Assembly (NCBI GenBank): GCA_048213135.1
Contig: PS015213.1
Span: 95,375-153,298, forward strand
Reading direction: 5' to 3'
Origin: Reclinomonas americana ATCC 50394
Lineage: Eukaryota
DNA: 57,924 nucleotides
Below are positions 26,204 to 37,500 of this stretch, piece after piece; the stretch's first letter is position 1, and each line of letters starts with the position of its first letter. The position numbers were made by a program, and so were the translations under genes. A model generated the notes under the pieces. The model saw nothing but the letters and a program-made list of their open reading frames with translations. It had not been told where the DNA came from and did no database searches.

Positions 26204-27143
26204 ATGGTCGTGGACGCGTTGACAGTGTGGCTCGGTTGCGTCACGCCAGCAAGCACGTGTGTCGGTGCCTTCTTTGAGTGATTCTTTGTCGCTCTCACAG
26301 ACAACCACCAGCGCGCTGTGCGATGGCTGTCGACGGGCGCACTCACCGTCGGACTGGCGATCTTGTATCGACGACAACTGCGACAGCAGGTCTCTTTCTG
26401 CTCGCCACCACTCGTGTGTATACTCATCGCCCGCGCTCGCAGTTTGTGCAACTCAAGAGCGCCGCGGACTTTGCCGCCGACGACTACGCGCAGCGACTGA
26501 CGATTCCGTGCGAATATGTTGGTGTGTCGCCCACTCGCGAGTTTGTGTGTCGTGTGGTGCACACTCCACCGGCGTGGACTCGCTTTTGGCGGCAATGGCA
26601 GGGTGCTGCGTCGACGGGCGAGGAGGCGATGGTGGTGCGGCTGGCTGGAGTGTCGTCGGTGGAGGAGATGCCGCCGGCAATGAGAGCGATGCGGACAAGT
26701 GAGGTGCAGGTGGCGGTGCATCGACTGAGCGCTCACCGATCCGAGACCTGGTTGCAAGTGATGCGTGGCCCCACGACGGAAACAGTGGACGATGGACCAG
26801 TGATTGGTCGCTTGTTGTATCGCAAGGTCTGCTCTTTCTTTCTCGTGCCTTCTTCGTGGTGTTGCTTAAGCAAGAGAGATATGGGGTGCAGGTTTTCGGG
26901 CGCGGTGATGTGGCGCTCGATCTGCTGCGAATGGGCGTGGCTCGGACGGCGACGGGCGACGAGTGGACGTGCCTGCCGCCGTCGGTGCAGAAAGCATACG
27001 CAGCCGCGGAGAATCGGGCGCGCAAGAAGTTGACGGGCTTCTGGGGCGACATGGAGGCGTACCGTCGCGCGCAGCAGCCCGTGTCTTGGTGGCGCCGCGC
27101 GTGGCGTCGCGTGCGTGGTCACCAACAACAGCAACAACAGTAA
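26204..27143 (+). CDS. C3orf33-like protein (N-terminal TM segment + SNase-like OB fold)
   Basis: Spliced: MVVDALTVWLDNHQRAVRWLSTGALTVGLAILYRRQLRQQFVQLKSAADF..., VVHTP, VVRLAGV, DVALDLLRMGVAR and AAAENRARKKLTGFW, a thermonuclease-like C-terminal pattern. Confidence 0.7.
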
Positions 27144-27166
27144 TTGTAACAACATTACATTTTTCC

Positions 27167-30100
27167 TCACCACGGTGTTGCTGCACGGCGCCCAGATCCG
27201 TCGGTCGTGCTCTGCAGCCGGTTACCGGCCGCCGTAACCACGTCCCGACGAAGTGGAACACTCGGTAGCGCCTGACCACCGCCGGCAGCTGAAGACGGTG
27301 GCGTCCGCCACGCACTGCTCATGGCACCGGCGGCTGGCGTCGATGCACGCGCCACTGGCAGCAGCGGTGACGGCGGCGAGCGCATGGACGATGCACCGTG
27401 GCTCTGTCGACGTGTGCGCTTGGCGGGTGAGAGGAGTGGACTGCCACCAGCGCCACCGCCACCGCCAGTAGCAGCCGTGCTGCCGTCGGATGGCGAGGAG
27501 AATGGCGGTGGCGAGGCAGTACCGACAGAATCGGTGGGAGGTGGCGGCGCAGACATGCTGCGGTGCTCGCGGTGACCGGCCACGCGAGCCAGCGCCGTCA
27601 TCACGGTGGTCGGCAGCCTGTCCGAAGCGTGTAGCGGACCGGCAGTTCGCTGCGGGAGGGACCACGAATGCGGGGCGCTGTGGAATGCCACTGCGGCTTG
27701 CACGCTTTGTACCAGCGGCGACGGGCTGCGCTGCGGTTGCTGAGGTTGCTGCTGCAGGGGTGGAGCACTTCGACTGAAGGGCTGTGTGCGGCACGGGATG
27801 GTGAGACGGGTGCGAATGAACAGACGATACAAACACTCCTGATGCACGAACCCGTCCCGGAGGCGTGACAATCTGTCGTGCGAGAACCGACGGCGGCGAC
27901 GCATCCAACAGGGGCGTAGCCGCAGCCGTGGCAGCGTTCATCGTCAGCAGCAACGAGCGCTCCCGTTCCAGTCGAAGTTCCTCTTTCTTGCCCTCGATGC
28001 GCTTCAGCTGTGTTGGTGGAGAGAAAGGGAGTGAGTCGACGAACGGATTATATCTCACGCGAAGAATACGAAACCGTTTCCTGAGCTCGCTTGCTCAGGC
28101 GTTCAAACAGTGCAAAGCGCGTCGGTCTGTGTGAATCTGGATCAGTCACCAACTAGTGCGCGACAGGTGGGAAGGAAGATCATGGACGCAACGGGCGCTT
28201 CGGCAGTGGTCGCTGTCGCGACTGCTTGTCCTCCCACAGTGGGGCGTTGGCCAACTGCGGTGGCGGCCAATCGATGAGCTTGTATCGAGACAAAAAACCG
28301 AAGATGTCGGCAGCTGTCACACACCTGCTCCACATCTTCCTCGATCAATTCCNNNNNNNNNNNNNNNNNNNNNNNNNNNNNNNNNNNNNNNNNNNNNNNN
28401 NNNNNNNNNNNNNNNNNNNNNNNNNNNNNNNNNNNNNNNNNNNNNNNNNNNNNNNNNNNNNNNNNNNNNNNNNNNNNNNNNNNNNNNNNNNNNNNNNNNN
28501 NNNNNNNNNNNNNNNNNNNNNNNNNNNNNNNNNNNNNNNNNNNNNNNNNNNNNNNNNNNNNNNNNNNNNNNNNNNNNNNNNNNNNNNNNNNNNNNNNNNN
28601 NNNNNNNNNNNNNNNNNNNNNNNNNNNNNNNNNNNNNNNNNNNNNNNNNNNNNNNNNNNNNNNNNNNNNNNNNNNNNNNNNNNNNNNNNNNNNNNNNNNN
28701 NNNNNNNNNNNNNNNNNNNNNNNNNNNNNNNNNNNNNNNNNNNNNNNNNNNNNNNNNNNNNNNNNNNNNNNNNNNNNNNNNNNNNNNNNNNNNNNNNNNN
28801 NNNNNNNNNNNNNNNNNNNNNNNNNNNNNNNNNNNNNNNNNNNNNNNNNNNNNNNNNNNNNNNNNNNNNNNNNNNNNNNNNNNNNNNNNNNNNNNNNNNN
28901 NNNNNNNNNNNNNNNNNNNNNNNNNNNNNNNNNNNNNNNNNNNNNNNNNNNNNNNNNNNNNNNNNNNNNNNNNNNNNNNNNNNNNNNNNNNNNNNNNNNN
29001 NNNNNNNNNNNNNNNNNNNNNNNNNNNNNNNNNNNNNNNNNNNNNNNNNNNNNNNNNNNNNNNNNNNNNNNNNNNNNNNNNNNNNNNNNNNNNNNNNNNN
29101 NNNNNNNNNNNNNNNNNNNNNNNNNNNNNNNNNNNNNNNNNNNNNNNNNNNNNNNNNNNNNNNNNNNNNNNNNNNNNNNNNNNNNNNNNNNNNNNNNNNN
29201 NNNNNNNNNAACGACGACGCCAGTCGGCGCACAATCGACGTGGGGTCGCTGGACACCATGTCATTTGCGTTGTATCCGTGCTGATGTAGGAAGTGTCGAA
29301 TGGTCTCTTGCAAATCGCCGTGCACGTTGAATGGAACGTGATCGCCCCGCAGCATGGTCTGCACGCCAATCGATCGATTGCCGTCGCCGAGCCGAATGTC
29401 GGCATCGTAGTTGTCGAGCTTGGCGGCCGCGGTGGTGTCGCTGTGCGTCCAACCAGAGATGCTGCGACTCTCCGCCCGATGGTTTCTGCCCCCCCGCGGA
29501 AACAACAGATGAGCTAGAGTGACTGACGTGCACAGTACTGCGGGGTCGGCACACCTCGAGCCCGAGTTGAACAGCTCATCGGCTTCTCGCACCGCCCGCT
29601 CACCCTCGTCGTGCAATGTTTGTTGCAGAGCATCACCACTGCTGCCGTCGGCGGTCGATCTGTGAAGCGCAATTGTTGAGCATAACAGACGTCGTCGTGT
29701 GTGCACGCAATCATCCGTCCATACCGGAACATTGTGCCTCGACCGTCACCACCGATCGTAGGAGTGAGTCTGCAGCACCACGCTCGTTTAGCCTGCAGTG
29801 CGAAAACAATGCGAAACATCGCCGCACCACACACCTTCCCACTCCTGTGCCGAAATCCTGACTCGACGCCCCACCAGCAGACTCGGGAACGCCGGCCGCC
29901 ATGAAACTGCGCTCGTACGAGTCGTCCAGCGACCGGTGGCGCGCCATTGGCAGTGCAGCGGGCAGCAAGCGATCGTCGCCGGCACTGCTGCCACCAAACT
30001 GAGCAGGCGATCCACCGTANNNNNNNNNNNNNNNNNNNNNNNNNNNNNNNNNNNNNNNNNNNNNNNNNNNNNNNNNNNNNNNNNNNNNNNNNNNNNNNNN

Positions 30101-33100
30101 NNNNNNNNNNNNNNNNNNNNNNNNNNNNNNNNNNNNNNNNNNNNNNNNNNNNNNNNNNNNNNNNNNNNNNNNNNNNNNNNNNNNNNNNNNNNNNNNNNNN
30201 NNNNNNAAGCTGTGCCTCTTGATCCACGGCCGCTCCCCAGTGCGCCGTGTCGGGTGCACTAGCATGTCGGGAGCCACCGTACGGGGCAGCCGCTGCTGCT
30301 CCTGCAGCAAGCATCGTCCCCTCTCCAACACCGCCGAGACTGCCACCACCACCACCACCGCGGCCGCCACGCTCCATGTCGTATTGCAGTTGCCGCGGGT
30401 CGGGCGCATCGCTCGTGTCTGCCGCCAAGCCACAATGAATATCAATGCAAGTGAGAGAATCGCCGCTCCATTGCGCAACGTACCGTATCGACTGTCCCAC
30501 GTGTGGCGCGGTGGCACCTCCGTGTACGTGTCGTGTGGCTGGGGAGAAGAGTAGGAACCGGTAGTCGCAGCCGACACGGCATGTGGAGATGAACGCTGGG
30601 CGGCCGGTGGTCGGCTGCCGACGCCGTCCTTATCGTGGACGGCGATCGAGTTCTCCGGTACATAATTGTCGGCCAAGACACTCCCACTCTGACCGCGAAG
30701 CGAGGTAGGCAGTGACTTGCGCGTTGGTGCCACTGACCGATTGCGAGGGGCGGCGGTGGTCGTGCCAGACGCAATCGGTGACGATAATGCGAATCTCCGT
30801 TCTTGCTCTGCCTCGGCCGCCTCAGCAGCTGCCGTGGCAGCGGCAGCGGCAGCAGCAGCCGCCTCATTCGTGTCGTCCACCTGCTGCAACACACTGTGCA
30901 GATCGCCGACCTTGCTGGCCTTGCCCGCGTCGTCGCACATCTTGCGATACTGTGCACATTACACTCGTACGGTCGGCATAAAACCTCCTAACACGCACAC
31001 AGAAACTAGAAACAAGCAGCAAGAACCTCCTCCATAACCTCCGCGAGTTTCTCAGTCAGCAAATCGGCCTTGTGGTGCCAGCGATGTGTCTCGGCACGCT
31101 CGTTGCGCAGGTCCATCAGCATGGCGTCGTGCACGGACGCCATGCCCTCGGCCTGCAGATGAGCCGACTTGCGCTGACACAGCGCCTCCTGCAACTTCAC
31201 CTCCAAGTCGGCACACTTGGCGTCTCCATCACGCTCCAGCACGAGGAGGCGATCCTGCAGCGACTTCATGATGCGCTCCGAGGCGCGCTTCAGTCGCATG
31301 CGCTCGCGCTCCATGTCTTCGAGAGTGAATTGCTGCTTCCGGCGATCGTTTTCGTCAATGTGCGACGGCCACGGCGGCGACGAATCGAATGCACGATCCA
31401 ATGCCGTGGCCAGCGCCGACATGGCGACTGCTGTGGCGTCACCGGGTGAACCACTGCCGCCTCCACCACCGCTGCCAGCGTGGCCACCGGCCGTGGGGCT
31501 CTGCTGGTCGACCCCGCTGAGATCGAGCGACAGTGACTTCCAGTAGATAATGTCGCGCAGCATGTCTCGCCGCTGGCGATTCCAGCTCTCCGTGTGTCGC
31601 GACAGCAGTTCACGGTTGCGCACGTGCATCTGCTGGGTCACACTGGTCAGCACACGCCGCATGCGCTGCGTGGCCAGCTGCAGCAGGCCCTCCACCGCCA
31701 GTCGCGTCGACACCGANNNNNNNNNNNNNNNNNNNNNNNNNNNNNNNNNNNNNNNNNNNNNNNNNNNNNNNNNNNNNNNNNNNNNNNNNNNNNNNNNNNN
31801 NNNNNNNNNNNNNNNNNNNNNNNNNNNNNNNNNNNNNNNNNNNNNNNNNNNNNNNNNNNNNNNNNNNNNNNNNNNNNNNNNNNNNNNNNNNNNNNNNNNN
31901 NNNNNNNNNNNNNNNNNNNNNNNNNNNNNNNNNNNNNNNNNNNNNNNNNNNNNNNNNNNNNNNNNNNNNNNNNNNNNNNNNNNNNNNNNNNNNNNNNNNN
32001 NNNNNNNNNNNNNNNNNNNNNNNNNNNNNNNNNNNNNNNNNNNNNNNNNNNNNNNNNNNNNNNNNNNNNNNNNNNNNNNNNNNNNNNNNNNNNNNNNNNN
32101 NNNNNNNNNNNNNNNNNNNNNNNNNNNNNNNNNNNNNNNNNNNNNNNNNNNNNNNNNNNNNNNNNNNNNNNNNNNNNNNNNNNNNNNNNNNNNNNNNNNN
32201 NNNNNNNNNNNNNNNNNNNNNNNNNNNNNNNNNNNNNNNNNNNNNNNNNNNNNNNNNNNNNNNNNNNNNNNNNNNNNNNNNNNNNNNNNNNNNNNNNNCA
32301 TGATCATCCCAGGCGTGGTGGCGGGCGACTGCTCGTGAGGCAGCGCAGGCGTCGACAGTGACGCCGCCGCCGTGAACATATCCTCGCCCGGGGCGTGCAC
32401 ATCAAACAATGCCGTCTCGTGCTCCTGCGAGCCCTGCAACGCCGTGTCCGCCGTGGTGGAGAACGACTCCTCCGCCGCCTCAATCTGCATCACATACTCG
32501 CCAATGTCGTCGTTCAGCTGCACCGGCGGGGGGCGCCACAGTGAGTACCGCCATTCTGCGAAAAGACGCACTCAAAACACACACACACACACCTCTTTTT
32601 TCCACGCGGTTATGAATGTCGCCAATCGCTCCATCTCGCACCCCGTCAACACATCCAACACTCCTCCATCGCTCTCCTCGTGCGTACCCACCGCCNNNNN
32701 NNNNNNNNNNNNNNNNNNNNNNNNNNNNNNNNNNNNNNNNNNNNNNNNNNNNNNNNNNNNNNNNNNNNNNNNNNNNNNNNNNNNNNNNNNNNNNNNNNNN
32801 NNNNNNNNNNNNNNNNNNNNNNNNNNNNNNNNNNNNNNNNNNNNNNNNNNNNNNNNNNNNNNNNNNNNNNNNNNNNNNNNNNNNNNNNNNNNNNNNNNNN
32901 NNNNNNNNNNNNNNNNNNNNNNNNNNNNNNNNNNNNNNNNNNNNNNNNNNNNNNNNNNNNNNNNNNNNNNNNNNNNNNNNNNNNNNNNNNNNNNNNNNNN
33001 NNNNNNNNNNNNNGCATCTGCGCACACACGTCGCGCCGCCGCCTCCGCCTCCTCCTGTAACCTGGTGGCCTCTGCGGCTTCCGCTGCCGCCGCCGCCGCC

Positions 33101-33150
33101 GCTCCATCGTCGTCGTCGTCGTCCCACCAGTCCTCGTCGTAGTACGCCAT
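27167..33150 (-). CDS. Large hypothetical coiled-coil/low-complexity protein, multi-exon, four gaps; start uncertain
   Basis: Exons join in frame through GT-AG introns (e.g. ..EKLAE|YRKMCDD.., ..PKRP|PTRFALFERLSKRAQET|LKRIEGKKEE..). Heptad-rich segment at about 31040-31320. No family recognised; it could be two genes with a boundary hidden in a gap. Confidence 0.55.
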
Positions 33151-33767
33151 GACACTGGCACGGCGAATGCCGGAGGAATGGTGGGTGGCGGTGGCAGGGG
33201 CTGCGGCGCGGATCACCACAATCGACCCCTGGCTGCTGCTGCCGCAGTCATCATCGTCGTCGCCTCCGTCGTCGTCATCTGCGCTCGGAAGAGGTGAGTG
33301 AAAGATGGCGTCGGTGGGCGATGGAGGGCAACGAAGGGGACGAACACATCGGTGGTGTTTACACAAAATGAGCGCGTTTATGTAGTGTGGACAGATGACA
33401 AACACCGCAAACTGTCCACTTCGTTTTCTTGGAAACATCGAGAAAAGGTATGCTGTATTTGACACAGAAGGCACATTTTTTCTCCACCAGAGCCACAGGC
33501 AGTGTGAGACAGGACGAGTGCGCGTGTGGTGGAGAGGCAGAGCACGCATACGTGGAGCGCACACACACGCGCGCGCGCACACACACGCACTCTTGCACGC
33601 ACGAATTGACACTGCGGGCACACAGTATTGCTTGCAACGGCCACACTACTTGTCTTATTTCTGACCTATCTGAGGCCACTGTCGCTTAAAACTCACGCTT
33701 GTTTCGTTTCTTGGCGTGTGTGTGTTTGCTGTGTGCCAGCAGCGACTTGCGTCGAGGTGCGGTGTCG

Positions 33768-34535
33768 ATGGAACACTTGGCCGTAGGGCGAACACTCCCA
33801 ACGAGTGTTTCGGCACCGGCCTCGCCACCCTCCTCGTCGCCCCCACGCGATGCGTCACGCGTCTCGCTTATGCAGCTGCCGGCGCTGCTGGTGACGCCTC
33901 GCGCACCCGCGTCGCGCCTCATGCCGTCGTTTGTGCCACCGTCAGCAACCGCTGCAACGGTGGCGAGAGCAGCTGGCGGCCGAACGCAGCGACCAGCGAC
34001 TCAGGGCAGCAGCAGCCGCGGTGGCCAGCCTGTGCCGTTCTGCTTTGCGCATTCGGTGACCGAGGTGCTGCGACGTGCGGAGGAGCGCGGATTGTTGAGT
34101 CGCAGCAAGTCGCCCATGCGGCCACTGTCGGCATCGCTGCAGCGACCCAGGTCGGCCACTCACCAGCGACCGGAATCGGCCAGCAACAAGCGCTACGCGC
34201 CAGCCTCGGTGGCCTCCACAAGCGACCTGCAGCTCGTCAGCAGCCAAGAATCGTTCAACTGGCCACCATCTGTCGACCTGGTGCCGCGCTCGCACGGAAC
34301 GAGTGGCGTGCGAAGTGCTGCCGCTGCGCCTGCAAAGGTTGCCTCACGGCCAGTGTCGGCCGGCGACAATCGCGAGATGCAGTTTGAGAGCAGCGCCCTG
34401 TCCAAGCTCGTGCCCAAATGCTGGTCGCTGACAACAACAACGACAACTGGCGGCGATCGTGGCGTGAGCGCACAACAACAGCAACCGCCGCTTCCTTTGA
34501 GGCATTCAAGCTCCCGAAGCACGCACATTGTTTCG

Positions 34536-34573
<38 letters not shown>

Positions 34574-37500
34574 GTTGGTAAGAATTTCAACTAACACAAC
34601 TGTCTGTCCTCACTCCCCTCCACAGTCGGGCGACAGTCGAGGTGGCAGCCGTGGGTCGAGTCCGGTCCACTCGCACTTGCCACTGGCGGACGAAGACTTT
34701 ATCTTCGAGACGAGCGACTTGGATCGCCTGCCCGGCGTACTGGTGGACTATGTCGACGATCCCGAGGAGTATTTCAACGACAGCTTTGTGGAGGACTGGC
34801 GGCAGGCACAATCGGCGGCGCGTTCACCAGCTCGCTCGCCGGAGACCGCAAACCGCTCACCCAACAAGGTGTGGGCACCAGACAATGCGCAGCTGCCTGC
34901 CAGCCCAGTTCCTCGTCTTTTGTGGCCGCTGGCCAAGCAGCCACCACCACCTCCATCAACTACAATGTCTCCGGTCCGCGAGGGCCTGCATGCCGCGCGG
35001 CCAGTTGTCAACATGCCGTCGCCGCCAACGACCACCAAGCGACCGCCTCCCGACGTGGCCGTCCCCATGACCATTCGGCGGCGTATGCGTGCCGGCGCCG
35101 CACAAGCTCAGCTTCGCCCCGACACGACGGAACGCCGCAGCCAGTCGGCGCGTTCAGCCGCTGCTGGTGCGTCGTCCACCATCTTGCCGCCGAAAGCCGC
35201 CGAGCAGCGTCGTGGATTCCGCGGAGCAAAGCGACAGCCGTCGCACTCACCAACTCGCAGCAAGCCGTCGTCGGCGCAGTCAGCGCGCACGCAAAAGGAG
35301 GACAAGACGCAGGCGGCGAAGCGCGGTCTCGCATACTTGCGGGCACTGAGCGACAAGGCGAGTGGCAGCAGTCGCAGCGCACCGACCAGTCGGCCCAGCA
35401 GCGTCGAGCGATCGCTGTCTGCTCGCTCATCACCAATTCTCGTACTGTCGGACACGGACGAGACAGCAGCGGCGGCAGCGGGCAAGCGCAGTGTGCGGCC
35501 TACGCCGCGCATTGTGTTGCATTCGTCAGTGGTCGATGTGGATTTCACGGCGCCAGCCTCCGCCGGTGGCGTGGGCATCACCGTGGACTCGGTGGATAAG
35601 TCGGCCGGCACCATGTCGCTGTCGATTGATCTGCAGATGGCGATCCCGGATCGTGCTCGCAACGACGCTGTCGGAGCGTCGTCTGCCGATCAGCGCGACA
35701 CCAAGATGACTTTTTCGGCCTCAGAGCCGAATTCGGTGGGCCCCTCGCCACGATCTCCGGGCAGTGGCCGCTCCAGCACACCTGTGCTGACAAGCAGCGA
35801 CAGCACTCGCAGCTTGCACGCATCTTCCGCTACTGCTGCCACCACCACCGCCGCAGGCGGCAACAACGATTCACAGTTGCTCTCAAGTGCGGCGGCGGCG
35901 GCCGCCGCCGCCACCGCCGCTGTGGATAGCTCGAGTGCTCGACGGAACAGTCTGCATGTTAACGCGCTGTTCCCTGCACGAGACAGACATCGACGGTCGC
36001 TCAGTGATTCAACGGCGGCGGCTGAGGTGTTTGGTCGGCGTCCGAGCCTTGCCGACGACAGCTCACAGAGTGGCCAGTCCACACAGACATCGGTCGAATC
36101 CTCCGGCACCGACGAGTGCGTCGCCACCCACCCATGTCCATCTGTTCTTTTCCGTCACTCACTGCTCCTGTCCTTTTTTGTGTGTGTGCCTTTTACAGTG
36201 AGCCTCTGCTGGTCAGTTCAATGCGACGACCCATGCAGCAGGTACACGATGACGAAGGACTGGTGCGCCGACCGTCGTTCGCACACGGTGCGGCTGCGGT
36301 CGTCGAGGAGGCACGAGCTCGACGACCGTCGTTTGCTCCCGGCACACCCAAGGCCGAAGAAGGCAGGGCACGTCGACCGTCGTTTGCGGTGGGCATGCCT
36401 GCTGGCGAGGAAGGTGGTCGTGCTCGGCGACCGTCATTAGCATTTGCTGAGGAAGGGAGGGGTCGTCGATCGTCGCTGGCGCTCGGTGCGCCGAGCATGA
36501 ATCGCCGCCAGTCTGTGGTGGACAGCCGTCGTCAGTCCGTGGTGGTTGCCGATGCGGGTGGTGACAGCAAGTTGACACGCCGCGCTTCCGCCTACGAGCG
36601 ACGCCGTCCGTCCAATCTCGACATGCGGCGACCGTCGATTTCCACAGCAGCCTCCTCCGACTCGACTCACGAGTCGAAGCGCTTATCGCAGCGACGGAGT
36701 CGCGGTTCATCGCCAGAAGTGCTGTCGACACCGCTGGCGGCCGGCAGCTCTGCTCTTGTCGAGGTTCAGCTCATGGGAGATGGCGATTCGCCAGACGCCA
36801 GGTCTGTCCATGTGAAGCACAGAGAGAGTGTGCGTGGTGAGCTCACTGCGGGTGCGACGCGCCCCCACGCACAGAGCCTTCCTGCCGCGCATTGTACAGG
36901 AAATGGTGCTGCGGGAGGTCACAGAGAACCAGGACAGGGGAATGCGAGTGGACTTTAGCCGAGATGTGGTCGGCTGTGTCATGCTGCTGGACATTAGCGG
37001 TTTGTGTGCCGCTGCTTGTGTATTGTGCATGCAGCTGCCTTGGATCAGCACGCCCCTCACACTCGTGGTTTGTGCAGGGTTCACTGCTCTGGCGGAGATG
37101 CTGTGCGGACTCGGTTCGGAGGGAATGGAGCAGCTCGTCGTCATCATCAACGAGTACTTCTCCAAGCTGCTCCACATTGTGACCAAGGAGTGCGGCGGTG
37201 ACGTCCTGTACTTTGTTGGCGACGCGATGGTGGTGCTCTTTGCAGACGAGGAGAACGATGAGGCTCGCGCAATCGCCATTGAGAGGATCAAGGAGTATGC
37301 GCGACAGGAACTGGCGGCCATGCACCCGAACGACAACGCCCGCAAGGAACTGGTCACCGCATCGTTGCATTCAATCGACGGCTCCAATGTGTCGAGTCTA
37401 CGAGCTGCTCTCTGCACCGCTCGACTCATGCAGTATGCTTCGAGCTATCGCGTGGGCGATTTGCGCCTGTTGATTCACATGGGTGAGTGTGTGCTTGCTT

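Noticed and set aside
33387-33421. Inverted repeat GTGGACAG...CTGTCCAC in the divergent intergenic region
   Set aside because: An 8-bp stem with no recognisable ncRNA motif is compatible with chance.
36250-36485. CRISPR-like spaced repeats
   Set aside because: The units are degenerate, in frame and encode a peptide repeat inside a eukaryotic exon; there are no cas genes.
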